DNA of 64,000 nucleotides from Raillietiella orientalis (Eukaryota): NCBI GenBank assembly GCA_036172245.1, contig JAYWIR010000042.1, positions 620,001 to 684,000 of the forward strand, read 5' to 3'. Shown piece by piece: positions 25,251 to 37,180 of this stretch (position 1 is its first letter; each line of letters starts with the position of its first letter). The notes under the pieces were generated by a model. It saw only the letters and a program-made list of their open reading frames with translations, ran no database searches and was not told where the DNA came from. The position numbers and the translations under genes were made by a program.

Positions 25251-25739
25251 CGGCATCGATAAGATGCTGCAACACGCTGTGTTTGAGATGCTTTTACAGT
25301 ATGGTGTTTCGAGAGGGAGTGAAAAGCCCGAGGTGACCTCTTTCCACAAAGATTCCTTTCTTGAACGATAGATTAGTGAGCGCGAGCCGACCGTCCCTCA
25401 TGATGGTGATCTGACGTCGCCATAATGAACTTCTTATTGCGCTTCTTTTAAGGAAAGGTTTTGTTGACAATGTGGCTGTCGACAGAATCATTCATCATGA
25501 CATTCCATTTTTATAGTAAGTGCCTCTGAGCACCTTGATGTGGAAGGAATGGTTCCATGGAAATGCTGCAGCAGCAAAGAGCATGATGGATAGGAGTATA
25601 ATGTAAAAAAGAATCAGTATTCTAAGAAAACAAAGAGAAAAGTGATCCCCCATTTTTTTTTCCCCCTTCTGGAGAATACTTTCTCGCCTGCCCCTCGAGC
25701 TCGAGCTCTTGTATCCTTTCATAAAGCCTCAGTTCCCGA

Positions 25740-26150
25740 ATTTGAGATTTTAGGGAGAAGCCGCACTTACCGACTGGTGCTCTCACTCGTGCATCGCGTG
25801 AACTTCAACCAAACGGTCAAGATCACATCAACCTACTTCGTAGGGAGCTCTTTCAGATCACCTCGACTAGCGAAATTCCTTCGAACATTGGTCTGAGCGC
25901 GCCGCAACTGCTCCTTTCACTTGGTCTTTTCCAGTGGGTGTCAAGCCAAATTATGCTCCTGGCACGCACGCAAGTCATGAATCAAAGAAGCACAAACGAT
26001 TCACTCCGAAATTGTTTAGAGAAGATGCGAGTGTTTTGGCAGTTATGGTGAAACCGTATTACGACTGCAGTTTTTCTTAGCTGGATTTGTTCCGTCTTCT
26101 GGAGGAGGAGAAGTGCCAGTTGTGCGTGACTTTGAGGCAGAACCTGTTGT
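25740..26150 (+). mobile_element. Mutator-like (MULE) transposase remnant
   Basis: KFLRT...RNCSFHLVF.../KLCSWHARKS* resembles FMSD...NA...VF.....LC.WH..KAW. Confidence 0.45.
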
Positions 26151-29100
26151 TTCCTTGGTAGCAGTAAAATAGGACTGCTATATTCATTCGCGCCCAGGCG
26201 TTACGTATGAGTTTCGAGACCGTGCTGTTCCAGAAAATCGAAAACCTTGAATTGGGAACACTTTCAGCGGCCGGTTCATGTGCTTTCAGCAGGAGGACTT
26301 CTCTCGGGGCTCTTCGCTAGCACACAGCAATCAGCACCCAAACGCTTGATAGCACGAAGCCATGAGGCTTGCCATGGGGCTACCCAAACTCAGGAAACAG
26401 GAGACAGGAATTTTGCTCCAGCTGGAATCATTTATTGAATCTGAATCCAGACGAGCCACGGCCAGTCTGGCGAGCATTCGTAAGCTGTCTTCGAAGCGAT
26501 TCCTGGCTTGCCTTTCGTCAAATTCTGCAGCGATATGGATAAGCACTTCATTCATCGCCGATGTTGGCTGCGAAAGGGGACTCAGTCTCGAAGGCCACCC
26601 TTTCGATACCACATCCCCTATCCTTTTATTGTTTGTTTGTTTTTTCTGAATCGCGTGGTGAAAAAAAGAAAGGAAAACCGCAAACCCCTTCAGAAATGTT
26701 TGAGGAGAAAACAACCGAAAACCCTATTTGAACAGAAAATCTCAAAGAGTTTTTATGGGGTATCAACGGAGGCCAAGATTTGGTACAAAGTTGGAATCGG
26801 GCCGCGCTCAATGCAATTTCCTGAGATCGTGAAGGAAATGGATCAGATCTTCGACCCTCCGTTTCTTCCTGTTCGCCTGTTTTTTAGAGGAGAAAACGAA
26901 AGATTGGACTTTAAAAGGAACTGCGGGGAATGATCACTCTTCCGTGAAGTGACAAAGAGGTCATGAGTTACGTGATGCCGGTACTGCCTCTGAGAATTCT
27001 GCGGACGTTACCCGAGGTATGCAGCCGGACAGGAACCCTCCGTCAAGAAACAGTGAACTTTTGTGCCGTTCTCGGTATGGCACGCGCTTATTCCTTCTCT
27101 CCTTGCTTCTTGTGGGTCTCGCTTCGCTTCTTCCTGTCTGTCCTGTCTATTCGTTGGCTGGGCACTGTTGCGGCCGATCGTAGGGGAGCTGCTGCGGCTC
27201 CCATTTCCTAGTGAGGCAACATGTGCATGCTGATCTTCCGTCGCATGAGAAAACCGGAGTTCTTCAAGAACATTGCACATTGGGAATAGAGGTGACTGAG
27301 AAAACCTCGGTGAAGGTGGAACTGCAGGCTGACGGTCAAAGACCATCGCATTTGCACTCTTGACTGCGGTTTGCGGGTTTCCCTTTCATCCTCGATTTTC
27401 AACCAATAAAGGCGGTTCAAAAAAAAAGGATCACGCTATTGGAGAACACGGGTGAGAACACGAAACTACGTCGACCTTGCGTTTCAGACACATGCTGCAT
27501 CATCAACTATTCCTGAAAATCAGAGATTCCTCAAGTGTTGTGATGATCAGCATGTGTTCCAGTCTTGAACATTCTGCATCTTCCGCCATCAAATCACGAA
27601 TACGTCCATCAAACAAGGTTCTCCTATTCGATCTCCATTACGACAACCCTGTCAAAAGAGGGCAGCTTTAATAACGCAGCTGCAATTCGTAATGATAATC
27701 CTTTTACTTCCCTAGTTGGCTACGGATGCCCTCTCGCTCTTAGCTGTCGAATGAGTAGAATGCGTCAGCCTCCCGTCGGCAAAACACAACAAGAGAGATG
27801 GCAGTGTTCCATTTGAATGAGCACACGAAGACAGCACGTCCAAAAAAAAAAAGGGGGGGGATTGGCAGTACAAGAGTTTCACCAGGACCGCTGGAAAGAC
27901 TTCAATATATGGAGCTCTCTCCGAGTCCCATATGACGAAGCGAACTGCGTTTGTGCTTTCGGCTAACAAGTCTGAAAATCAGCAGCTGAGTAACCTCTGC
28001 AATCCGAAAGTGCAATCTAAACCAACACCCATCCGCCGAAGCCTTCCTCGAGAATCATCTTTTTTACGGAATTCGATCTGGATGTGCCCGATAGCCTTTC
28101 ATCTGGAAAGCTGACACAGTGTCAGCTCTGGGGCTTCCACCATGAAATTCCATTGATGCTCATGAACCCTGGCTGACAAACCGGATTTTCGGACTCTAAA
28201 AAACCTTCTGGTGGCGAGTGTCCACCATCCAGTAAAAATAATCATGCAAATAATCGTACATCAGCTTTGAAACATCGATAGGTGACCGGTTGTATCAAGG
28301 AATGCTGGTTGTCCGATGGCTCGTAGCGAGTTGCCTCTTTCTTCGGACGACCTGCTTATCGAGTTCAGATATGTGCTGTTCCCAGCGTTAGTCGACAGGA
28401 GGAACTGAAAATCCGATTCGAGATTCACGTGTAACCAAGGACGAATTTTCATTTAAAGGAATGGGGTGGGGCGGGGTCCTCAATATTGAAACGAACACTT
28501 TGCAGCGAACTCCCATGCTAACAGTCTGATTCATTAAGAAACCCCGAATGTAAGAATCTTCAGTGAAATGGGTCCTCATGGTTTGTGTCACCAGCTAAAC
28601 ACAGAAGCCATTGTGTGGCTGAATGTAAAATTTTTCTGGATGAGAACAAGGAAACTTTTCGCTATGCCGATGCCTGCGTCGAGCAACCAATCTTAAGGAT
28701 TGGAGGATTGCTACTGGCACCAACGAAGACAAGCAATATCTTCCTGCATAGACAGCAGGCTGCCTCAAAACGGATAAATCCCTCTTATGGGAAGAGTCTC
28801 GCTGTTGGAAATCCGTGCTCAAGTATTAGTCAAACATTAATTCGAATGTTGCCCATTCGATTTAAAAGGGAATGCAAGGAAAATGCGAAATGGCGTCCAT
28901 GAAGGGAGGGAAGTTTCATGGATCTCAAAGACATCACCCGTCTTGGAGAGCGAATCGACTTCACACAAATTTTCTAGATAACGTCGCACCACACCATCAG
29001 TTGCATCGGAGACATATCAAGGGAGGAAATGAAAACGGTCAACGTTCCTTACGACTTCCTCAGGACGGGTTTGTTCTCAGATAAAAAATATTTTCAGTGA

Positions 29101-29379
29101 GATCCTATTTGAGCATCAAGAACTTAACTCAGGACTCATGAGGAAAATGAGAAAGAAAATTTTTTGCACCTACGCAGGAAGCGAGTTTTACCATTAGAAT
29201 TTTCGTCTGAATCGCATCGTTTGGACGTGGATGTTCGGTTCGGATGAGCATTTGCTGATACTTAGATTATTCATAAGTCGTTTCCGTTTACCACCTGTTG
29301 TTCATTCCTTCAGAAGGTCGTGGTTCTCATCTCATGCCCTTGGCTCGGGTGACTCCGAAATCGAAAAGAACCTTTGATG

Positions 29380-29740
29380 CAACTCGTTGCTCGCTCCTGC
29401 TATCTCTTACACTAGAGAAGAATCCATTGCATTCTTTTTGCAATCGATAAAAAAAAGGGACTCCTGATTCACTGTTGCTGCTTTCTACATCCTGGCTGCT
29501 TTGTTTTTGCCCTTTCGCTTTTTTTGACTCCCCAAGTACTCTACAAGCCTTGGACACTGACGCCGACGTCTCAGGTGCTCGTCAATCGAGGAGGAAAATG
29601 ACCGAAGGACCTTTTTCCAATTTTTGAGTGGTCAACAAGGCCGGACACCGCAGCCACATAGACGCCAGGTTCTCAAAGATCGTTTCCATTGAAACGAGTG
29701 CGGACCTTTCAGGCAAACCAGAAAGCAGATTCCATCGATC
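29380..29740 (-). mobile_element. Ty3/Gypsy integrase core remnant (paralog of the 30980-31650 copy)
   Basis: METIF...RCPALLTTQ (cf. E.IF.R.G.P..LLTDQ), then ACRVLGESKK...DVESSN (cf. C.LLG.KK...G.VER.N). About 125 bp is clearly similar to 31195-31310. Confidence 0.5.
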
Positions 29741-30979
29741 ATTCCAGCTACCCGTATTCCCTTTAATTTCATCTTACACATCATTTACTTCGGCCCTCAT
29801 ATCCGCAGCAAACGGATTTAAACTCTGCGCTTCATCCACATCTAAAATCTTACTCAGCATGTCGGCATCATACTGCAATAGCCCCGAATGCCCAAGGGTA
29901 GCACCCAGATGAAATTAAAATAACGTATGAATATTTAAAATAAGATAATCACTTTAACAAAAGATATGAAAAGAAAGACATGCTTGGTCATCAGAAGACT
30001 GCAAGTGACCTTTAGAACATTAGGGATAGAGAAAAACGAATCTAAACCGGAGGGTTCTGCTGCGATATTTGTCAACGTTAAGATGCGAGAAAACGGGAAC
30101 TTTCTTCCGTTCCAGGAAGGCAAGAGAGCAAATTCGAAGTGCAAATTCGCTGCAAGCACTATGCCGAAGATCAAAAAACACGTCAGTCCATTACGAATGC
30201 AGCCATCTCGTCGTGCATCGTTTGCTGATTACGGAAAAAATCAACTGGACTTCTGAAACGCACACAGGAAGAGGCCATTCCTAAAAAATGAACCAGGTTT
30301 CTCCAAGGGCTCTCACGCTCGTGCTACCGTCCAGTCTCTTGGGCTTCCACCATGAAATACGAGACTCTGAAACATGGCGCGTTTGATATATGGGGTCTCT
30401 CCCTAGTAGCTCCAGAGGAAACATGAAAAATGGGGAAGTGTGATTTTCACTTCAGTTTGTGTTAGCGTGGATGCGGATAAACATCTGTGTTGGTCTTTGC
30501 GCTTCAGGTGCCGATTTTTGCCTCTCTCTCACGCCATTGGTGAGTCTCCGAATGGTATCGTAGTCCGCGGTCTCGGAAAGCTATAGAAGACGGACCGTAG
30601 CAGTATGCACCCTCTGCTGTCTGATTGCAAGCAGCTGTTGGTTAGGATGAAGAAGATATCTTCAAGCGGTTCACTGCATGAGTCTCACTCTCCCTCGCAC
30701 ATAACGAAGCACAATACCACTGTCCAAAGATTGAAAGATGCGGCAATTACCATGGGGAAATGGAGCTTGGTGGCGGGCAATAAACGAATCCCTAGAACAG
30801 TTTCAACCCAAGAGCGGACTTGATGCTACAAAAAGGCAACAGCATGAGATTTGGACGTCTATCCTGCTAATTTGAGAATGATCAAGAAGCATGCGACCAC
30901 ACGGGAAAAGAAAAGGGAGCCAAATGGAAAGGTACTGTCCGACAAACATCTCGAGAAGGAATCCAAACCACCATTCATG

Positions 30980-31650
30980 CATCTTTAGCAGAAGTTCTAG
31001 GATCTTGAAACCCAAAGAATGACGGAGTTCTCTGAGACTTCAGTGTCCCGAGAGCGCACGCGGGCAAAATGAGAAAACACTACCATCACTCATAGTAGCC
31101 TCGTGTATCCAATACAGTCGGAGCATCTGTTCGATGCACCGATTGGGATTTCCTCCTGACGATACAATTGACCCTATGGAACTTCTGAGAGAGCGGAAGG
31201 ATCCATTTCCAATTTTTGAGTGGTCAACAAGGCATCGGTCCGCCGGACCCCGTGGCCACTCAAAGATCGTCTCGATTGAAATGTGTGCAGACCTTTCAAG
31301 CAAACAGCTTACCAATAATTACTTCCACAGGGTGACATAGGGTGGTACAGGACAGCAACTAAATTCAGTAGCCAATGGAACGACTGGAGAACACCCGTAA
31401 GCACACCCCAACAATTCGTGTACATCGTTCGAAGATTAGGAAGGCGGTGAAGAGTCCTCCTCCTTCGTGATTCCTCGAGGTTGCATACTAGTTCTCCATT
31501 GAGTACGCAAGCGATCCCGCGCACTGAACTGCCAGGTCGCAGGGTTCTCAAGGAAACTTCAAACGTCATCCTGAATCCAGTTTTGCGTGCTCGATCACAG
31601 TCAGAGAGCCACTCCCTTCGTTGCACTGTGTGCCCTCCCCAGGAGCAGCT
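30980..31650 (-). mobile_element. Ty3/Gypsy integrase remnant
   Basis: In order: LLGRAH, W.QDDV*SFL../CDL.Q (zinc finger), SMQPRGI, IETIF../HGV...LLTTQ, NRCIEQMLRLY (cf. NRTLEQMLR.Y), TPSFFGFQDPR (cf. SPF.L.YGRDPR). Confidence 0.65.
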
Positions 31651-31749
31651 TTTCCTCTTTCTGAATTCAAGGGTGATGTCCAACAACCTTCTCCTCGCGA
31701 GGCTCTAAGGGCGATTACCTCGATGAATCAATCTCCAACAAGAGGATGA

Positions 31750-34700
31750 CTCGCATTCCAAAGCTCGTTGCTAAATGCTGTCTTGTGCGAGAGTCGGGGA
31801 CGCAGGAAGAACCACGAGAAGACACAAAGGCAGGGGGTGGAAGGAGACAGCAGAAGGCACGTGTTCACAAGATCATAGAAGCTAGAAGAATAGCGGCTCT
31901 CTCAGCCCCCTCCCCCACATCCCCCGCTGGGACAAGCACGAGCATCTCTCTCTGGGGAAGCAGACAGGCTTCGAAAGCAGTGCGTCACCTCAGATATCCA
32001 ACACCTTCAGACTGGTAACCTCTCTGGGGAAGCCCAAGTCCTGCGACGATCGTCGACTTCCCAATCAGCGCGGCAGTTCGGGTGATTTGCAGCCAACCAC
32101 CCATGGAAACCCTTCCCAAGCAAGGTTCCTCTTCAGCCTCAGAGATACGATTTCTCCGCTACCGGAATGCCATGCCACTCTTATGATGTTTCCCGTGGAG
32201 CGGATCCGGAGGGATGGAATCCTATCAGACCTCGGGGTACGAAATCGAAAAGACTGTCAAGAACACGGTCCGCAAAGGAATCCTTGGAGACACAAGCGGA
32301 GAGGTGGACGATGGAATGAGGAGAATTCCTCATCAACGAAGGAGATACTCCAGAGAGAGAAGCGTTCCTACGAAGGTGTCGCCTCCTTGGAAACGCCGCT
32401 TCCCCCTCCCCTTCTCTTTTTATCGCCGTGATCGATCTGCTGTACCTCAGGAGACCCTGGAAATCCTCTTCCATCATCGAAGCGAACCTATCCGGATAAT
32501 CCCCAAAGAATTTTCCACCGCAAGGAAGAGATCCGCCACTTCTGGAGCGGATCCTCTGAACGGCAGAGCTTCCTGAGCCGTTCAAAGCGAAAACTACCTC
32601 CGGTCATCTGGACCGATCATCAGAAGAGGCGAGCAGGCCGTGTCTTTTCGCATGTTTTCTTTTCTTTTGGGTGAGTCGGCGCCTTCTAAGGAGTTCTCGG
32701 AAACTAGCACCAATTCACGGAAAGGGTAGAAGTCGGGGTCTCCGGTGGTGATCGGAGTCGCAGACACGAGGGGCAAACAAGAAAAACTCAGGAAGGAAAG
32801 GGAAGACCCTCGTATTTTAGGGAAATCCTCTCAGTGGAGAGAAGTCTACGCGCGCTCGGCTGCGCTCAGGAGAGGACAGAAGAGATACGTCTCCAAACGA
32901 AACCGAAAAAGGGAGAGAGACATGGAGGAGGGTTTGCAGGCACTTCAGGCTTGCACTTTGACAGGGAGGAGGCCAAGGAAACGGGGGGACGCCGATGTGA
33001 GCCACCTCAAGGGATCCCTTGCATCGTCTCTTGATGAGAGTTCTAACAGCGGCAAACTCGGTCAAAAAGCATCCTAGAGAAAAATAAAACTTCCCAGTTG
33101 CTGATTCTGAGCCAGATGGTGGTGGTGGTGGCGTCTCTGAGACCATGACGGAGCCGCAGCATGTGTCCATTTCATTAGCATGGGGATCGAAAAAGGCGTC
33201 ATCGATGATGGCGCCTTTTTTGAGCCCTTCTCTCCTCCTTCCACATGCCCTACCAGTCGTCTAAAGCGCCATCTGGAGGTCACGCATGCCAAAGTTCAAG
33301 AGGAGAATACGGAATGGCGGGAGAGCAGGGAAAAAACGCGACCATAGGAAGCGCGACCACCTGGGAAGTTCATCTGATCTTGTGAGATCTGATGGATCTC
33401 CTGTCCTTCCGTCATTGTTCCGTGGCTCACCTCCCGGGAGGCAAAAAACAGGGAGAGGAGAGTAAGGAAGGATTTCATATGCTAGGATCTCTAGCTGGGC
33501 AGCCGGCGTTGCAGCGATCTCTTCTGGAAGCAAGAACCAGAAGAAAAGCATTTCCACATTATTCCAGGGACAAAAATAGAGCAAAGAGAAGACCCAGCCT
33601 TTTTACAAAGAAACACATCTCGGAAAGAAAGGAGGTCAGGAATGAATGAAAAGAGAGCATCCATTACTCCAGTAGGCTAGTCGACGGAAGATCCCTCCCA
33701 ATTTTTTCGAAAAGGTGGCTCAGCAAGAGACGTGGAGTGCTACACATTCCCCCGAGGACAATCGATACGGAACGCGGCACTGACTCGCAGATGACAACAG
33801 CAGTGATCCCGGAACCAGAAGCTGCGAAGTCCAGTTTAGAAACACCACGAATGATGCGGGACATAAGGATCCTCTCTCTCTGTTCTCCGAAAATCAGCGC
33901 AAGCTTTCGAAATTTTCTTCACAAGGATCTGCAGCTATAGTCCTCACTGCTAGGGTTGCTCGCTTCCTTCAAGATCGGCAGCATATGGAGCGCATAGTTG
34001 CGAGAGTATATGAGGCAGACACGCTTTGAGAAATGGAATCTCGGAGCTCTCTGAAGCTGCTGACGGGGAGGCGCAGCTCCAGAGAGGATAAAAGGGTGGA
34101 AGGATTTTCAGCCTCAGAAAGGAGGGTGGTTCGCCACCACCCAGGGGTGGGCAAGAGTCCTTCAAGATCCATAAGATACAGTGACCCGAGCAGTCTCCAT
34201 TTCCATCCATTGTCTTGACGAACCCAGGAAGCTCAACCTAAGCAGCTTCCCGCTTTCCAACCTTGAGAATTCCCCGATCTTTCAGCCGGATGCAGCAGGA
34301 TCGGTCCTTTAGCCACGAGGTGCTGCATCTGAGTGACAGCTTGCACGCCTGCACCCTGCATCCCTATCGCTGCGGAACCGGGCGTATCTCTTCCCAGTGG
34401 GATAACTGAGCGTTCACCCGACCTCACCTTCTCCATACAGAGACGACAAGGGCTGGAAGCTCCCAAGCAACTTCTGTTTATCTTGGAGAGGCCCGATCGA
34501 GCGCCGGCAGCGCTCGTTCCCAAAACTAGAGGATTGATTCTTCCTTCTGGGTGATGCGGGAGCCGCGCGAGGGAGGGGCCAAGATCGGAGGCATCCGGGA
34601 GCCTTTGCTACCTCTCGTTTCTGCAGGTCGGACAGGCGGCAGGGAAATTTACTTGCCGGCAGCTCGCGGCGCCGCGCAGGAAGTGATCGATACGGTGATC

Positions 34701-35900
34701 CAGGAGACCCCGTTTTCGGATTATAGAGTTCTCAAAGTTCGCGGTAGAGCGCCCATCTTCCGCAGAGGGGGAAGGGGGGACAGGCGCAGGAAACGATGCG
34801 GATGCAAGCTGTTTGCAGGATGAGAGCCAACCTCGTGGCACCGGCGCGAATGCCGATAATCATTTGGGCTGCCCGGATAAACGTGGCGTCTCAGCGTGCT
34901 TCCCAGCCTTTCGGGGCGACGACTGAGCGCTCGAATCACTGAGTCGTCAGAAATTCCGTGGGAAGTGAACTTCCGGTTCCGAGCACCGATAAATTCTCCC
35001 CGGGATGGAGTGGCGTTTTTTGTACTTTGGAAGAGCTGCTTGCCCAAGTAGGCCTTCAAATTGAACCGACCGTCTCCCCACGCGTGTTCGGTACAACCTT
35101 TTCCAACGAAAGAAGCCCGAGTTTTGCGGGGCTGGGAATTCCAGAGGAACACAGAGTTCCCTCTAAAACGTCAGCTTTCTTAAAGGTAACGGGAGGATGA
35201 AAAGCAAAGCTGAGGGCGTTAATGTTCGACGGTGGGAGGGTCAGCTCAGACAACATTCACGCGAACAGCGACAGTGGAGCTCCACGTGGGCTAAACAAGG
35301 AATCTTTCAGCTTCCATGGGACCCTCTTCCGAGAAGTCACAAAAACTCAAAGCAGGTGAACTGGCGATGTCCTGGCGATCGAGGCCCGCGGCGTCATATC
35401 ACGTGGGGAACGATTTTGAGGAGCTCCCGCGTTTTCCTTCGTGCCAGAGGGAGCCCGCGTGCTCCAGAGATCCACGAAGATACTTCCCGAAAAGCTCCTT
35501 CATGTGATGGTCGCAAACCGAGAGCGAACCCGTCGACGAACTCAGAAAAAGGATGCAAAGGCGGATGCCAGCGGTGGAACACAGAGAAGGCCGCCACGAA
35601 TTCGATCCCAGCGTGGCTTTCTCGAGCCAGAGGAGTCCCATTTCCAACTCCCAGGAAGGAAAGGAAGGCCTTGGCTTCACCTTCGGCAGTCAGATATTAG
35701 TTGCTTGGTGATGATCGAGCAGGAAGGAGGGCCAGATCACTTGAGAAACGGGCACAGACGTCAACAGGGACATGCCTTCCCGAAGAGGGAAGGTGACGAG
35801 GAAGAGTCTATACTTCTGCACTCCCCGATGCAAAATTTTCATACGACAGAGCAGCCGGTGGGAGTCTAGACGATGCGCTGCCGTGAGCCAGGAAGGCGAG
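31750..35900 (+). pseudogene. L: Endogenous viral element: degraded Mononegavirales-type L protein (RdRp plus PRNTase/capping domain)
   Basis: Motifs in correct order and spacing across frameshifts: GYEIEKTV 32235-32258; VVIGV...KQEKLRKEREDPRILGK 32745-32825 (pre-motif A, cf. KERELK...R.F); SLDESSN 33027-33047 (motif A); GGRAG..../TI 33316-33346 (motif B, cf. GG.EG.RQK.WTI); GGA GGC AAA AAA CAG = GGKKQ 33437-33451 (decayed GDNQ); YSSRLVDGRSLPIFSKRW 33665-33718; PHC*GC ~33942 (cf. P..LGG); DPSSL 34183-34197; P.IPIAAE...LPSGITE ~34350-34410; KIGGIREP ~34580; RGRAPIF ~34740; IIWAA ~34868; TSGSEHR 34969-34989 (HR motif). The 3' boundary is uncertain. Confidence 0.85.
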
Positions 35901-36859
35901 TATCAGCTTTCCGGGGAGCATGGAAAAAAACGCACTTGCTCGTTCCTTCCCCCCCCCCCCGTCCGCGTGCGTCTGGCGAGGCCGGCGCCGAGAGGGAACC
36001 GAATTCCGTCCTCGCGCCATCGGGAGAACGTCCGACTGCAGCCTTTGGTGATCCCAACACGGCTACGCCTCGGCACTCTTTTGGGGATCTGCCATCCCTG
36101 TCAGCTCGAAAGCGGCTCTCCCGAGGAGAATTTCCAGGGATGCTTCCGCGGTGATCGTTTTCCGGCGCAGCATCCCTTCGCAATTGTGGAAGCATTAAGA
36201 GAACCGGAATTCAGGCAAAACGGAAGAGCGGGATCATGGGACGTGGAAGCATGCAATCTTCGCAGAATTCGATACTCATCAGAGTGTGCTTATTGCACAG
36301 ATAAATCTCATAATCGAAAAGAATATCAGCAGGTCCACAGGAGCGCAGTAAGCACGTGAGTGACACGCTCTCGAGAACTTCCTGAAGTGAGTGAAATATA
36401 TGGCGAATGAATCACGGGAATTCATCACTGGAATTGAATGCAAGCAGATGCCTGAGATTTGATGCTGCTCGTTTGTCATCGGAATGGAACACACTTAAAG
36501 TTCATTTCAATGGAATTCCTTCTCATATGTGATTTTCAAAGATTCGTTTCGCATCATACCCGAAAGAATGGCAAAAATATTTTTTTCCTTTTCCACTTCA
36601 GAGATTTACCCTCCCTTTTAGAAATGGTTTTTTGCGAACTCCTCAGTATCAGATTATCGTGATAAATCGGAACCTCCTTCGCAGAGGAAACCATAGTCTG
36701 ATGATGAAACTGAAGGATTCGCAAGAATAACTCTATAAAGAGGTTTTCCTTGAGGAACTGTTACCACGAGCATGCCCTTTTCTCTGCGTCTGCTCCGAAG
36801 CAATTTTTCTTTCGTGAAAGAGGCAAACATGAAAAGCAATCGATAAATGAATAGGCTTC

Positions 36860-37180
36860 AAACAACCTTTTCCATCTCGTCACCCGTTCGACAGCCCTAT
36901 GGTCGGATGCAAACCACATGGTTCGTACGCAAGGATGCCTACGTGCGTCACTTTGAGGGCGAAATTGGTTCATTTGGAGCACTTCAGCCCACGACCGTAC
37001 ACCCAGCGTTCTCAGCACCCCCAATTCCACTATGGACGAGACGGATTCCGTGCTTTTTCGCTGCTTGGCAACCCCCATCGCGATTGCTGGCACGCCGAAA
37101 TCTTTGAGGAACGGAACACTTTTGTGACCCAGTGGGATCTCATAATTTGGGGGAAACAGCAGTGGACCCGCGGTTCTTTG
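36860..37180 (-). mobile_element. Possible non-LTR APE endonuclease remnant (RTE-like)
   Basis: LKDFG (cf. GDFN), SW../APN (cf. WTW.SPNG) and FASDHRAV (SDH motif), in order. Confidence 0.3.

Noticed and set aside
28585..29090. BEL/Pao gag or RT remnants (HCVAECKIFL; TNFLDNV)
   Set aside because: The motifs are too short and too close together for BEL architecture.
34905..35160. Alternative PRNTase assignment (PFGATTERS as GxxT and EEHR at ~35145-35156 as HR)
   Set aside because: Spacing from the upstream motifs fits RGRAP / IIWAA / TSGSEHR better. Not fully excluded without an alignment.
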